A stretch of 64,000 nucleotides of DNA from Deltaproteobacteria bacterium (GCA_022843175.1 JALHOE010000017.1:3091-67090), one strand, 5' to 3'. Shown: positions 25,846 to 35,554, numbered from the stretch's first letter. Made by a program: numbers and translations. Notes: generated from the letters alone by a model not told the origin.

Positions 25846-28632
25846 TCAGCCGATCAGGATGAGCGGACCAGAGATGGTGACCCCCTCGGCCGTCGCGTAC
25901 AACGACGCCCCGCCGGATGCGAGGTTGGCCCCGGTGGTCGTGAGCGTGAGACCCGTCTCCTCTGCCATCAGGAACACAGTGGCTGGGGCGTCCACGGTGA
26001 AGTCGCCGACGATGGTGACCTCGGCCGAGGTGATCGTCGTCTCGGCCTCGGCGGTGATTTCGAGCGTCGGCGACTCGATCTCCATCGATGCCGCGGCGTT
26101 GATCTCCACCGAGGGTGACTCGATCGACACGGTGGCCTCGGCGGTCAGCTCGATGCCTGCCTCGGCCTCGATCAAGACGTCGGCGGTCTCGATCGACGCC
26201 TTGACCTCGGAGCTGATGTTGAGCGCTCCCTGGGGCGTGAATTGGATCACGTTCCCCGGCGAGGGCTGGATCGTGATGCCGCTCGCCGGCATGAGCTGAA
26301 TGCTCGCGGGCGTGGTGTGCAGCCGGATCTTCTCCTTCGAGCTGACCTCGACTTCCTTGATGCCGGCGACCGCGGCGTGCTCCGAGGTCACCGTGGCGCG
26401 CTCGGCGCCGAACATGGTGGCGACCTCGCCGTACACGAACGCTCGCTTCTCACCGGAGAGCACCGCCGATCCATCGGAGCCGATGAGGTTGAACGGGGAC
26501 TCGAGCTCGTCATCGAGGCTGGCCTTGGCCCCGGCGACGATCGTGTTGCAGTTGGACGACATGAACAGCCCGACGTTCGCGGCGATGGCCTTCTTCTTGT
26601 AGTACTCGACGATCACGTCGCACACGAAGCTCACCAGTCTGGTGCCGGCGCCCACCGCTCCGCCGAGCGCGCCGAGCGTGTTCTCGACCACCTGCGAGGC
26701 CTGCTCGAGCCGCTCCTCGGCTTCCTCGAGGTGCTCGAGGCGCTCCTTCTTGTCGTCGAGGTCCTTCTGCTTCTTCTCGACATCCTCGGCGTCGGGCGGC
26801 TGCACAGCGCGGGCCTGCTCGAGCGCCGACGCGGCGTCGTCGCGGTCCTTGGTCGCCTTCTCGACCTCGGCCGAGAGCACCGCCTTGGTCGGCTGCTCCA
26901 CGGTGGCGAGACCCGCCTCGGCCAGGCTCTCGATGAGCTCGGTGACGGCCTCGCCCATCTCCATGATCGCCTTGATGCGCTCGGGAACGGTCTTGCCCGC
27001 GAGCGAGACGAGGTTGCCGCTGATCAGCGCCTGCCGCGCCGACAACAGCGAGTTCCCGGTGGACACCGCGGCGCTCGCCGACTTGGTGATCGCGGTGAAG
27101 TTCGCCTCGGTCGCGAGGTGGATGCCCTCCTCCGGCGCGTTGGGCGCTCCGAGCTGCAGCACCGTGGAGTGCCGCGGCGTGGAGAGCTTGATCCGCTCGG
27201 CGCCCTTCTGATCGTCGAGGTGGATCTCGTTGTTGCTCCCGGTGCGGATGACGTTCTTGGTCGCGTTGGTCTGGGTGACCGGGCTCGGCGTGAGGGGGTT
27301 GGGCACGCAGGCCGCGATCACGGGGCGGTCGGGATCGCCGTCGACGAACGCGATCAGGACCTCGACGCCGGGGCGGAGGGGAAAGTGCATGCCGTAGCCG
27401 GGACCGGCGTGCGACTGCGCCATGCGGATCGGCAGCGAGGCGTGGCCGTCGTTGAGCCCGCTCTGATCGAACAGCAGCTTCACACGGTAGCGGCCGTGCT
27501 CGTCGAGCTCGGCGTACTCGCCCTTCTGCGCGGCATCGATCGTGCCGGTCAACAGGCCGCGCACGTGCGGTCGGGGCGTACGGCGTGCCGGTCGGAACGG
27601 CACGCTCGCGGGGATCGCGTGGAACCGACCGTCGTAGACGCGCCCGCCCACCTCGCCACCGTCGTGGGCGACGAAGCGACCCTCGAGCTCGGTGATGAGC
27701 AAGCCGAGCGTTCCGCGCCCGGCGCTCTCGACGTCCACGCGCGCTCCTGCGAACAGGATCGGCAACGAGCAGACGCCCTGGTAGACGTCACGGCCCGCCG
27801 CGATCTCCTCGGCGCGTACGCGCGCGAGGTGCCGCCCGACTTCGGGCGACAAGTAGTTGGGCCCGTACTCGTAGACCTCGTCCCCGAGGCCGCCCTGGAC
27901 CTTCGCGTCGGCGACGAGCGCGAGCATCGGACGGCTGTAGTCGTAGTCGTCGAGGCGCACCGCGGACGGCAGGGCCGAGACGCGCCGGCGCAGCTCGTGA
28001 ACCCCGTGGCCCGAGCGCCGCGGGTCGTGCACGATCGATCTCTGCACGTCGACACCCACCGACGAGTCGACGAAGCGCACGACGTCGCGCGAGTCCTCGG
28101 TGACGAAGTAGAAGGTGATGCCGGACTGCTCGGTGAGCCGCGCGAGGAACGCGAGATCGCTCTCCTCGTACTGGACGACGAACTCGCGCGAGGGATAGTG
28201 CGCGTCGAGGTCGATCGAGAAGTCCTGACCCTCGACCAGCTCCGCGTGGCCGAGGATCTCCCGCAGCAGCTGGGGCACGTTCTTGTCGCGGAACACACGC
28301 AGCCGGCGGTTGAGCGATAGCAGATGCAGCCGGGGGACCACCCGGAGCGCGAAGAACGAGAACTGACCGGTGGGGTCGCCGGTCAGGAGGTCGTCGACCG
28401 ACGCCACCACACCGGCGATGGATCGCAGCACCTCATTGTCCTCGACGAGGTCGATCCGGACCGCCGTGCCCACCCACCCGTCGACCTCCGGCGCGGCGCC
28501 GCCGACCTCGAGCGTGAGCTCGGCGTCGAAGGGGCGCGACAGCCCTTCGCGGAGGACCATCTCGCGCACGAGAAGGGGTCGCCCCTCGAGCGCAGGGCCG
28601 GAGATCTTCACGTCGAGCACGGAGTGGTCCAT
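25846..28632 (-). CDS. vgrG: VgrG (TssI)-like spike protein with coiled-coil insertion
   Basis: gp27-like N-terminus (REGLSRPFDAELTL, EFVVQYEESDLAFLARLTEQSGITFYF). gp5 OB-fold (PGVEVLIAFVDGDPDRPVI). C-terminal beta-helix-type repeats (IETADVLIEAEAGIELTAEATVSIESPSVEI). Lys/Glu-rich helical insert (DVEKKQKDLDDKKERLEHLEEAEERLEQ). Confidence 0.85.
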   Translation of the reverse strand: MDHSVLDVKISGPALEGRPLLVREMVLREGLSRPFDAELTLEVGGAAPEVDGWVGTAVRIDLVEDNEVLRSIAGVVASVDDLLTGDPTGQFSFFALRVVPRLHLLSLNRRLRVFRDKNVPQLLREILGHAELVEGQDFSIDLDAHYPSREFVVQYEESDLAFLARLTEQSGITFYFVTEDSRDVVRFVDSSVGVDVQRSIVHDPRRSGHGVHELRRRVSALPSAVRLDDYDYSRPMLALVADAKVQGGLGDEVYEYGPNYLSPEVGRHLARVRAEEIAAGRDVYQGVCSLPILFAGARVDVESAGRGTLGLLITELEGRFVAHDGGEVGGRVYDGRFHAIPASVPFRPARRTPRPHVRGLLTGTIDAAQKGEYAELDEHGRYRVKLLFDQSGLNDGHASLPIRMAQSHAGPGYGMHFPLRPGVEVLIAFVDGDPDRPVIAACVPNPLTPSPVTQTNATKNVIRTGSNNEIHLDDQKGAERIKLSTPRHSTVLQLGAPNAPEEGIHLATEANFTAITKSASAAVSTGNSLLSARQALISGNLVSLAGKTVPERIKAIMEMGEAVTELIESLAEAGLATVEQPTKAVLSAEVEKATKDRDDAASALEQARAVQPPDAEDVEKKQKDLDDKKERLEHLEEAEERLEQASQVVENTLGALGGAVGAGTRLVSFVCDVIVEYYKKKAIAANVGLFMSSNCNTIVAGAKASLDDELESPFNLIGSDGSAVLSGEKRAFVYGEVATMFGAERATVTSEHAAVAGIKEVEVSSKEKIRLHTTPASIQLMPASGITIQPSPGNVIQFTPQGALNISSEVKASIETADVLIEAEAGIELTAEATVSIESPSVEINAAASMEIESPTLEITAEAETTITSAEVTIVGDFTVDAPATVFLMAEETGLTLTTTGANLASGGASLYATAEGVTISGPLILIG

Positions 28633-28813
28633 CGTGGTCCTCGCGCGGGTGTCGAGTCTCTCAGACTACCGAAGCTCGCTGGCGCATCAGCAACAACCCC
28701 TCTCCGAGCTACACCTCGGACGGCCGCGTGTCGCCGCGACGTCTCTGACGGCGCGACGCATATCATGCAACGCGCTAAGCCTCCCCGGTGTGGCGCGCCG
28801 TGGCTCCCGAGGA

Positions 28814-30421
28814 TCATCCTTCTGCCAGTGAGAGCCGGTGAGCGGCGACTACCTCCACTTCATCGTCCCGCGCGACCGATCGTTGTGCCCCACCGGCGCG
28901 GTCGTCGCAGCGCTCGTCGAGTCGCTGCGGCGCGACCGCTGGGTTCCATCCGAGCAACATGCCGCGCTGTGGGAGCAGCCGCCCCGGCCTCCCAAGGCGA
29001 AGTTCGCCGTTCCAACGCCTCCTGCTCCGTCGCTCGACGCCCCTGCCGTCTTCGTGGTCGATCCGGGCAGACCGCCACATCGCGAGCGGGCCAGGCCACG
29101 CGAGGAGCCCGTTCCCTCTCCTCTCGATGCGGCGTTCCTCGAGAGCCACGGCACGCGGCAGCCCTCCTCCGCTGCGGAGGGTGATAACCTGCTCTGGTTT
29201 CCCGTGTGGCCGCCCGATGTACAAAGGCCATTCGCCGAGGTACTGCGCAACGTCGCGGAACAGCTCCTTGCCGGTGAGAGCGTCGAGCAGAACGAGACGC
29301 CCTGCCGTCATGTTGCCGTAGGTACCAACCTCGGTGGTCACGTGGAGCAGAGATCCACGCAGCTTGAACCGCGTGCCGATGTGCATGTAGCCGCCGTCGA
29401 CCTCGAGCTTGTCGAGTCTGCGCTCCCAAATCGTGGCGCCGTCCTTCCAGCGCAATGCGGCGACGAGATCGGTCTCGACGAGGAACATCACGTCGTCGCG
29501 CACCAGCGCGCGCGTCGGTCGATAGGCGCTCGACCGCCACAGCGATTTGCCGGTCAGGTCGAGCAGCTCGAGCGCCGCGCTCGTGCGCAAGAGGCCCATC
29601 GCAGCGCCGGCGGGATCGGTGACAAGAACCGAAACCTCGGGTGATGCGAGCGCGATCTGCTTGCCGTCGGTGAGTCGCAGGACGACCGAACCGGATGTCT
29701 TCCCGTCCCTTCTGTTGAGGAGGACGAAGTTCTCGACGTGGTCACCGCTGCCGCTCGTCGACGGCGCCAGTGGCAGGGGGAAAGGGATGGCCTTCTCGAG
29801 GCGGATCGCGCCGTCCGACTTGCGACACTCCAGCTCGAAGTCCATCGCGTAGCGGAATATGCAGTACCCGTCCCCGTCTGGGGTTACCGAGTCGAACACA
29901 CCAACGCTTGGGTGCGAGGCAACCAGCTTTGCCTGACTGTCGTAGATGTGTGCGAGCCCAGCGCCGTGTCGAACGAGAATGGTGGTGGCGAGCAGGTCGT
30001 AGTTCCATGGGCCGCCGCCAATCTTTGCGCTCCGCGTGTCGCCGTTCTCGTCGATGATGTGCAGTTGATCGTCTTGCCGGCACACTGTTCGGCGATCCCA
30101 CCGACTCATCGACCCGCATCGCGCGGCGGTTGCGAACCGTCGCTTGCCGGTCGTCAGCTCGTATCCCTCCACAACACCCCCGCGAGCGACGACCCAGCCG
30201 AGCTCGCCCGCGGCGTACTCCGCGAGCGGCATCTGCGAGACCAGGTGATGGACGACCTTGAAGGTCTTGAGATCGACCACCTTCCCGTGAACGAGCAGCG
30301 GGTCCTCCGCGAGCTTCGGGGCCGCATCGACGGGCGCGGGATCCTCCTTCGCCACCACTGCCGCGCGCCGACACCCGAGGGCGAGGAGCAGGCAAATGCT
30401 CGCGCGGGCCAGGGATCCCAC
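28814..30421 (-). CDS. PQQ-like beta-propeller repeat lipoprotein (3' end unresolved)
   Basis: Start candidate GTG 30421 gives MGSLARASICLLLALGC (lipobox); an alternative ATG lies at 30502. Repeated propeller-type motifs: GYELTTGKRRF, LLDLTGKSLWR, ALRWKDGATIWER, LLDALTGKELF. The last ~140 codons are Arg-rich and antisense to a plausible + ORF. Confidence 0.6.
   Translation of the reverse strand: MGSLARASICLLLALGCRRAAVVAKEDPAPVDAAPKLAEDPLLVHGKVVDLKTFKVVHHLVSQMPLAEYAAGELGWVVARGGVVEGYELTTGKRRFATAARCGSMSRWDRRTVCRQDDQLHIIDENGDTRSAKIGGGPWNYDLLATTILVRHGAGLAHIYDSQAKLVASHPSVGVFDSVTPDGDGYCIFRYAMDFELECRKSDGAIRLEKAIPFPLPLAPSTSGSGDHVENFVLLNRRDGKTSGSVVLRLTDGKQIALASPEVSVLVTDPAGAAMGLLRTSAALELLDLTGKSLWRSSAYRPTRALVRDDVMFLVETDLVAALRWKDGATIWERRLDKLEVDGGYMHIGTRFKLRGSLLHVTTEVGTYGNMTAGRLVLLDALTGKELFRDVAQYLGEWPLYIGRPHGKPEQVITLRSGGGLPRAVALEERRIERRGNGLLAWPGPLAMWRSARIDHEDGRGVERRSRRRWNGELRLGRPGRLLPQRGMLLGWNPAVAPQRLDERCDDRAGGAQRSVARDDEVEVVAAHRLSLAEG
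28838..29644 (+). CDS. possible hypothetical protein (only the first ~130 codons look protein-like); conflicts with 28814..30421
   Basis: GTG start. MSGDYLHFIVPRDRSLCPTGAVVAALVESLRRDRWVP... looks natural. The 3' half looks like the antisense shadow of the propeller gene. See the finding on this region. Confidence 0.25.
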   Translation: MSGDYLHFIVPRDRSLCPTGAVVAALVESLRRDRWVPSEQHAALWEQPPRPPKAKFAVPTPPAPSLDAPAVFVVDPGRPPHRERARPREEPVPSPLDAAFLESHGTRQPSSAAEGDNLLWFPVWPPDVQRPFAEVLRNVAEQLLAGESVEQNETPCRHVAVGTNLGGHVEQRSTQLEPRADVHVAAVDLELVESALPNRGAVLPAQCGDEIGLDEEHHVVAHQRARRSIGARPPQRFAGQVEQLERRARAQEAHRSAGGIGDKNRNLG

Positions 30422-30715
30422 GATGGAAGAAGAGCACAGACGGCGTTCGCTTCGGAGCGCGAACACGGCTGGGCGATCGCACCGTGTGGGCGAGCCGCGC
30501 ATCAGGAGTGACAGAGGAGCATCGAGGCAGCGGGAGCAAAGCTCACTCCGTGCACATCGTCTGAAAGCGCGTCGCCGACGTGACACGGTGGCGTGCTCCC
30601 CGGGGCCGGCCATGAACGTCGGGGGCTGGGGTCATGCCTGTGAGACAAACCGATCCAGTCCGGTTGGCCCGGCGGAAGATCCTCGCAGAAGGACGTGCGG
30701 CATCGTTCGTGCTGC

Positions 30716-31720
30716 ATGGCGCACGTGCTCACGAACGGCTGGTCTCGCGTCCTTCTGGTCCTGATGCTGTCGACCGGCTGCGCCGACGGAGGTGTCGAGT
30801 CGTCGCCGGAGCAACCGTCGGACGAAGCGGGGGCGGTCGATTGGGGCGACGACAACGATGAAGAGAGCGAGCCGTGGCTCGAGGCCGGCACCACCGAGGA
30901 TGCCGCGCCGATCGACCCGGGCGCGGACACGGGCACCGGGACCGTGGAAGAGGACGCCGGAGCGCCGCCTCCCCCGCCGCCGGATGGTGGAGCCCCGTGC
31001 GTGCGCAAGAGCTATCGGCTGCGCCACCTGCAAGCCTCGCTGGAACACTTCGATCCGCCGGCGGAGCTCAACTCGTCGATCGACACGGCCTTCGGGCTCA
31101 ACGCGCACACGATCAGCTGGACGGAGGTCGAGACCACGACCCAGATCCAACGCATCAACGCGCGCGCCGGTTGGGACACGTTCTGGCCCTCCGGCAAGCC
31201 CGAGGTCGTCGCGCGGAACGCGGTTCCGATCTCGTGGCGCAGCGACACCTTCAAGCTCGTAAAGGGCAATTCATACTTCGCCTCCGAGGGCAAGGCGGGC
31301 GTGTCGCCCTCGCGTTGGGTGACGCGAGTGTGGCTCAAGCACCTTCCGAGCGGCGCGATGCTCTCACGCCTCGCGCATCACTCGGTGTCCGGCGTCGACG
31401 GAGCGGGCAAGGATCCCGTCGCGTGGCGTCGTGAAATGCACGCGTTGGACATCGCGAAGTTCAAAGAGGTGATGATGCTCGACACGGTCCCCGTGGTCGG
31501 CTCCGCCGACTTCAACACGACGCGCCTCGCCACGCTGCTCGGCGCGTCGTTCAAATACGACGTCCCCGCGAGCGGTGGCTCCCACGGCTCGCGGCTGATC
31601 GACTGGATCGTTCGGCGCCCGCATCCCGATCACAAATTCGTCGAGGTAAACTTCGTCTCGCTCGGGGCGTCGGATCATCGCGGCGTCTGCGCGGCGTACG
31701 ACTTCACGCCGTGTGAGTGA
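30716..31720 (+). CDS. lipoprotein, tentatively endonuclease/exonuclease/phosphatase (EEP)-like
   Basis: Lipobox LMLSTGCADGG and an acidic linker. TISWTEVE and a C-terminal GASDHRGVCAAY resemble the first and last EEP motifs. The family assignment is weak. Confidence 0.6.
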   Translation: MAHVLTNGWSRVLLVLMLSTGCADGGVESSPEQPSDEAGAVDWGDDNDEESEPWLEAGTTEDAAPIDPGADTGTGTVEEDAGAPPPPPPDGGAPCVRKSYRLRHLQASLEHFDPPAELNSSIDTAFGLNAHTISWTEVETTTQIQRINARAGWDTFWPSGKPEVVARNAVPISWRSDTFKLVKGNSYFASEGKAGVSPSRWVTRVWLKHLPSGAMLSRLAHHSVSGVDGAGKDPVAWRREMHALDIAKFKEVMMLDTVPVVGSADFNTTRLATLLGASFKYDVPASGGSHGSRLIDWIVRRPHPDHKFVEVNFVSLGASDHRGVCAAYDFTPCE

Positions 31721-31822
31721 CCGCCCTCCGGTGAGCGCGGACGCCCGAGCTCGGGTGTGCCGGTGTAACGATGACCCATCGGGACACCGGGATGACGTGT
31801 CGCGGGTCACCCGTGTTCTGAG

Positions 31823-32380
31823 TCAGCGCGCGCGCCGGTAGTGCATGGCGACCGCGCCGCTGCGGAGCGGCTTCGCCGAGACCAGCTCGAGCCGTCGCGT
31901 GCAGGGCAGCCCGTTCTGGTACAGGGTCGGGCCGTGGCCGGCGATCCGGGGGTGGACGAGGAACTTGTACTCGTCGATCAGATCCAGCCGGTCCAGCTCG
32001 GTCGCGAGCATGCCGCTACCGAGGAGCACGCCGGCCGGGGTCGCGTCCTTGAGCTTCTGCACGCCCGTGTGCAGGTCGCCGGCGATGTGGTGGCTGTTGG
32101 TCCACGGGAAGTCCTTTCGCGTCGACGACACCACGTACTTCGGCTTGGCCTCCAGCCTGACCGCCCACTCGCGCATCGCCGGCGGCGCCTCCTCGTCGCC
32201 GCGGGCGACCGCCGGCCAGTAGCTCTCCATCATCTCGTAGGTGACGCGGCCCCACAGCATCGCCCCGCCCTCGTCCATGAGGCGCGTGAAGAAGGCGTGT
32301 GTCTCGTCGTCGGCGATTCCCTCCTGGTGGTCGACGCAGCCGTCCAGGGTCACGTTGATGCTGAAGGTCAAGAGTCCCAT
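31823..32380 (-). CDS. dihydrofolate reductase family protein (RibD C-terminal domain-like)
   Basis: MGLLTFSINVTLDGCVDH...MLWGRVTYEMMESYWP...KYVVSST...DEYKFLVHPRIAG is typical of the YwjB/RibD_C family. Confidence 0.8.
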   Translation of the reverse strand: MGLLTFSINVTLDGCVDHQEGIADDETHAFFTRLMDEGGAMLWGRVTYEMMESYWPAVARGDEEAPPAMREWAVRLEAKPKYVVSSTRKDFPWTNSHHIAGDLHTGVQKLKDATPAGVLLGSGMLATELDRLDLIDEYKFLVHPRIAGHGPTLYQNGLPCTRRLELVSAKPLRSGAVAMHYRRAR

Positions 32381-32399
32381 GCGGCGAGTCTAAGCCACA

Positions 32400-33353
32400 T
32401 CAGTGGCTCAGCCGCTCGCATGCGCGCTTGTCCTCGAGCTCACACGCCCGTCGTAGGAAGGGCAGGGCGTCGTCCCTTCGGGGCTTCGGCTTGGCGTCGA
32501 GGAGCGCGTCGGCCGCGTCGACACAGGCGCGCACCCAACCCGCGGCGCACTCGGCGTTCCACAGCGCGATCGCGCGCTCGAGGTACATCGGCGCGCTCGA
32601 GAGGGGCGCGCTCATCAACTCTTCCGCGTGGCCATCGGGATCGGGAATCCCACTCATGGCGCTGTTCATCATTCTCAGCTTGTCGCCGAACGACCAACAT
32701 TCTTTGGCGTCGCCGGCCTCGCACGCCTTCCTCTGGAGCTGGCTCGTGCGCACGAGCCACGGCCGAGTTTCGTCGGTGTCGGTTGCCACGGGCTTGTAGG
32801 TGAGCTTGCTGCACGCCTTGATCGAACCGAGCTCGCAGGCCCGCCGATAGAGCGGGCGATCGAAGTCGAGCTCGGCGAGCGCGAGACACGCTGCAGCGTC
32901 ACCCCTCGGGCACTCCTCGGCGGCGATCGCCCGCAGCCGCGCCTCTGCGGCCTTGTGCTCCTCGGTGCCCGACTCGGTGAAATCGACGAGGAGATCGCAG
33001 GACGTCACGTGGCGCCCCTCGCACGCGCGTTGGTAGAGAGCGATCGCTCTCGCCTCGTCCTCTTTCGTGCCGGACCATCCGTAGAGGTAGAACTCGGCGA
33101 GACGGGCGCAGGGTGCGCCGGTGCCGCACGCGGCGCTGCACGCTTTGAACGTCATGCACGGACCGCTCGATGCGACAGGGGCGTTCGGCGCGGCCGCTTT
33201 GAGAACCCTCGCCGCCGGCGCGCTCCCCGCTGCGCAGGCCATGGCGAGGAGCGCGGTGAAGAGCGAGAGGCGCACGCATCCATCGCCGAAGGCGTCACCG
33301 AGCGAGACCCTTGCGAGCGGGCGCAGTGCTCGCCGGATTCGGGACGGCGTCAT
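32400..33353 (-). CDS. Cys-rich Sel1/TPR-like repeat protein (exported)
   Basis: Signal-like LFTALLAMACAAGSAPA. Repeated helical modules bracketed by Cys: RACEGRHVTSC, RRACELGSIKAC, RKACEAGDAKEC, RRACELEDKRAC. This resembles Hcp/Sel1-like repeats. Confidence 0.65.
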   Translation of the reverse strand: MTPSRIRRALRPLARVSLGDAFGDGCVRLSLFTALLAMACAAGSAPAARVLKAAAPNAPVASSGPCMTFKACSAACGTGAPCARLAEFYLYGWSGTKEDEARAIALYQRACEGRHVTSCDLLVDFTESGTEEHKAAEARLRAIAAEECPRGDAAACLALAELDFDRPLYRRACELGSIKACSKLTYKPVATDTDETRPWLVRTSQLQRKACEAGDAKECWSFGDKLRMMNSAMSGIPDPDGHAEELMSAPLSSAPMYLERAIALWNAECAAGWVRACVDAADALLDAKPKPRRDDALPFLRRACELEDKRACERLSH

Positions 33354-33362
33354 CGCCGCAAA

Positions 33363-34031
33363 CTAAGACGCCGACAGCGACCGCGCAACGTTCGCCTCCG
33401 CGTCGAGGATCGCGTCCGCGGTGAGCACGAACCCCTTCCTCGGCGCGCCGGTTCGGGTCCAGGCGAACTCGCGCCAGAGGGCGAGCGTCGACGGACCGAC
33501 CATGCCACCGCGCGCACGCTCGAGGAGGTCGCGGCCGTAGGCGACGTAGGCGAGCGGCTCACGCAGCTCCTCGAGCAATGACTCGTCTGCATCGACCTCG
33601 AGCTCCGCCGCGATCGCATGCAGGGCGCCGCGCATCTGCTTCTCCGCGCGCGACTTGTCAGTTCGCTCGAGCTTCTTCGTGCGCAGGTTCGGCGCGTCGA
33701 CGAGCCAGCTGCACATCGGACAAAAGCAGTGCGCGTCGGGGGAGTAGAGCTTCCTCCCCGGCTCGCGCACGAGCTCGAACGACGTCTCGAGGTAGCTCGC
33801 GAACATGCGCGCGAAGGCCTCGCGCTCGTCGTGTGGGGGCCGTGCGTCGGGCGGGATGTCGGCGAAGTGCCGATCGACCCAGGCTTGCGCTGCAGCCGGG
33901 AGTGTCGCGTAGGTGTGCGCGGCGTCGAACGTGACGAAGCCCCTCCTCACCGCCTCCGCGAGCCAGCGGAGGAGCGCGTAGCTCCTACGCTGCAGATCGA
34001 CGGCCACGGTGAGCTTCTGCCGATCGAGCAC
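33363..34031 (-). CDS. hypothetical protein
   Basis: 222-aa ORF with balanced composition and a CFCPMC motif. No family recognised. Confidence 0.6.
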   Translation of the reverse strand: MLDRQKLTVAVDLQRRSYALLRWLAEAVRRGFVTFDAAHTYATLPAAAQAWVDRHFADIPPDARPPHDEREAFARMFASYLETSFELVREPGRKLYSPDAHCFCPMCSWLVDAPNLRTKKLERTDKSRAEKQMRGALHAIAAELEVDADESLLEELREPLAYVAYGRDLLERARGGMVGPSTLALWREFAWTRTGAPRKGFVLTADAILDAEANVARSLSAS

Positions 34032-34101
34032 CGGAGGAGCATAGCGCTGGGATCTTTCGATGAGCGCCGGGACTCAGCCCGACTGCGGCGTGCGCTGAAG
34101 A

Positions 34102-34425
34102 CTACTTCTTGAGCTGCCAGCCGCAGTTGTCGGCGGCGAGCTTGGTCCCGGGGTCCACCGTCAACAGCCCGACCGGGTCGGACGTCTCGAACTTCTTGGT
34201 GATCGCGCCGTCGATGGAGCACGCGCAGGTCACCGGTTTGCCGGGTACGACCAGCGCCCCGCGGACGAGCCCTTCACAGTTCACCTTGCGGATCTTCTTG
34301 TCGCCGCACTCGCTCCACACGGACTCGCCGTTGTTGCTGGAGGTGAAGCCCTTGCACTCCTCCGCCGCCTGACAGCCGAACAGCGATAGCCCCAACAGAG
34401 CCACGACTCCGTACTTGCGCATCAT
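34102..34425 (-). CDS. small Cys-rich lipoprotein
   Basis: GGAAGGAGGGG lies directly upstream of ATGATG (34425). MMRKYGVVALLGLSLFGC is a lipobox. 107 aa with 8 Cys. Confidence 0.7.
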   Translation of the reverse strand: MMRKYGVVALLGLSLFGCQAAEECKGFTSSNNGESVWSECGDKKIRKVNCEGLVRGALVVPGKPVTCACSIDGAITKKFETSDPVGLLTVDPGTKLAADNCGWQLKK

Positions 34426-34615
34426 CCCCTCCTTCCGATTCCGATCGACGACGCGTGAGGGTACCCCAACTCCCGAGCTCACGATCTTCGCAGCGGACGG
34501 CCACCGGGGGGGCGGCGTCTCACCGGCTATCCGGGCGCCCGATCCCGAGCGATACTCCGCCGACCATGCGTCATGCACCTACGCGGGGCGCTTCACGATT
34601 GCCCCCGGGCTCCCC

Positions 34616-35554
34616 ATGAGAGTGCTCGTCACAGGCGGGACCAACGGCATGGGCAAGGGAGTCGCGCGAGCTCTCGCGGCGCGCGACGACGCGCGTCACG
34701 AGATCATCATCTTGGGCCGCTCGTCGGAGCGCGGTGAGTCCACCGTCCACGAGATCCAGAGCGCCACCAGGAATACGAACCTCTCCTTCGTGAAGTGCGA
34801 CCTCGCCGGGCTCGGAGACGTCAAGAGGGCCATCGCCGAGATCCGCGCCGAGAAGCGATCTCTGGATGGCGTGTTCATCAATGCAGGACTGGGGTACGCG
34901 GCCGAACGGGAAGAGACCGAAGACGGCATGGTCGCTCATTTTCAGGTGAACTACCTCTCGCAGTTCATGCTGACGCTCCACCTGCTGGACCTGCTCGAGC
35001 GATCCGAGCGCGGCGGCAGAGTCGTCTTCAACGTCACCAGGGGCGGCAGCATCTCCTGGGACGACATGCAGATGAAGAAGAAGTGGAGCTACCAGGCGGG
35101 CATCCAGCAGGCGATGGTGGCCAAGCGGATGTTCTACGGTCGGCTGCACGATCTCTCCCGGAGGGCGGGCGACGTCCGAACGTCGTTCTACGGTTTCGAG
35201 ATCCCGAAGACGGTGTGGAGCAACCAGGTCAACATCATCCCCGGCACCATGCGGGCGATGGCCACGGTGGTGAAATGGTTCGGCGGCTTCATCTCGATCG
35301 ACGAGTGCGGGGAGATCATGGCGCCGCTCTTCCTCGAGGACCAAGCCACGAGCCTGCAGCGATCCGGCAGGTTCATCACCTCCACCAAGGGGCGCTTCGT
35401 CGAGAGGGAAGACGTCGCGGCGGTGTCCGATCGGGCGTTGCAGGAGAGGCTGTGGAACATCAGCCTCGATCTGTGCAACGACGACGACACGAGGCGAATC
35501 GCGAACGCGTTGATCGAGAGGGCGCAAAGCCAGCACGAGGTGCCGCCCACTTGA
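34616..35554 (+). CDS. SDR family oxidoreductase
   Basis: Start ATG 34616. MRVLVTGGTNGMGKGVARAL contains the TGxxxGxG Rossmann motif, followed by FINAGLG. The ORF-track start at 34415 overlaps the divergent gene. Confidence 0.8.
   Translation: MRVLVTGGTNGMGKGVARALAARDDARHEIIILGRSSERGESTVHEIQSATRNTNLSFVKCDLAGLGDVKRAIAEIRAEKRSLDGVFINAGLGYAAEREETEDGMVAHFQVNYLSQFMLTLHLLDLLERSERGGRVVFNVTRGGSISWDDMQMKKKWSYQAGIQQAMVAKRMFYGRLHDLSRRAGDVRTSFYGFEIPKTVWSNQVNIIPGTMRAMATVVKWFGGFISIDECGEIMAPLFLEDQATSLQRSGRFITSTKGRFVEREDVAAVSDRALQERLWNISLDLCNDDDTRRIANALIERAQSQHEVPPT

Noticed and set aside
25846-30421. Calling this region a type VI secretion locus.
   Set aside because: Only VgrG is present. No Hcp, TssB/C, TssK, ClpV, PAAR or recognisable effector/immunity genes are in the window. 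The neighbours are an ABC operon and a beta-propeller lipoprotein.
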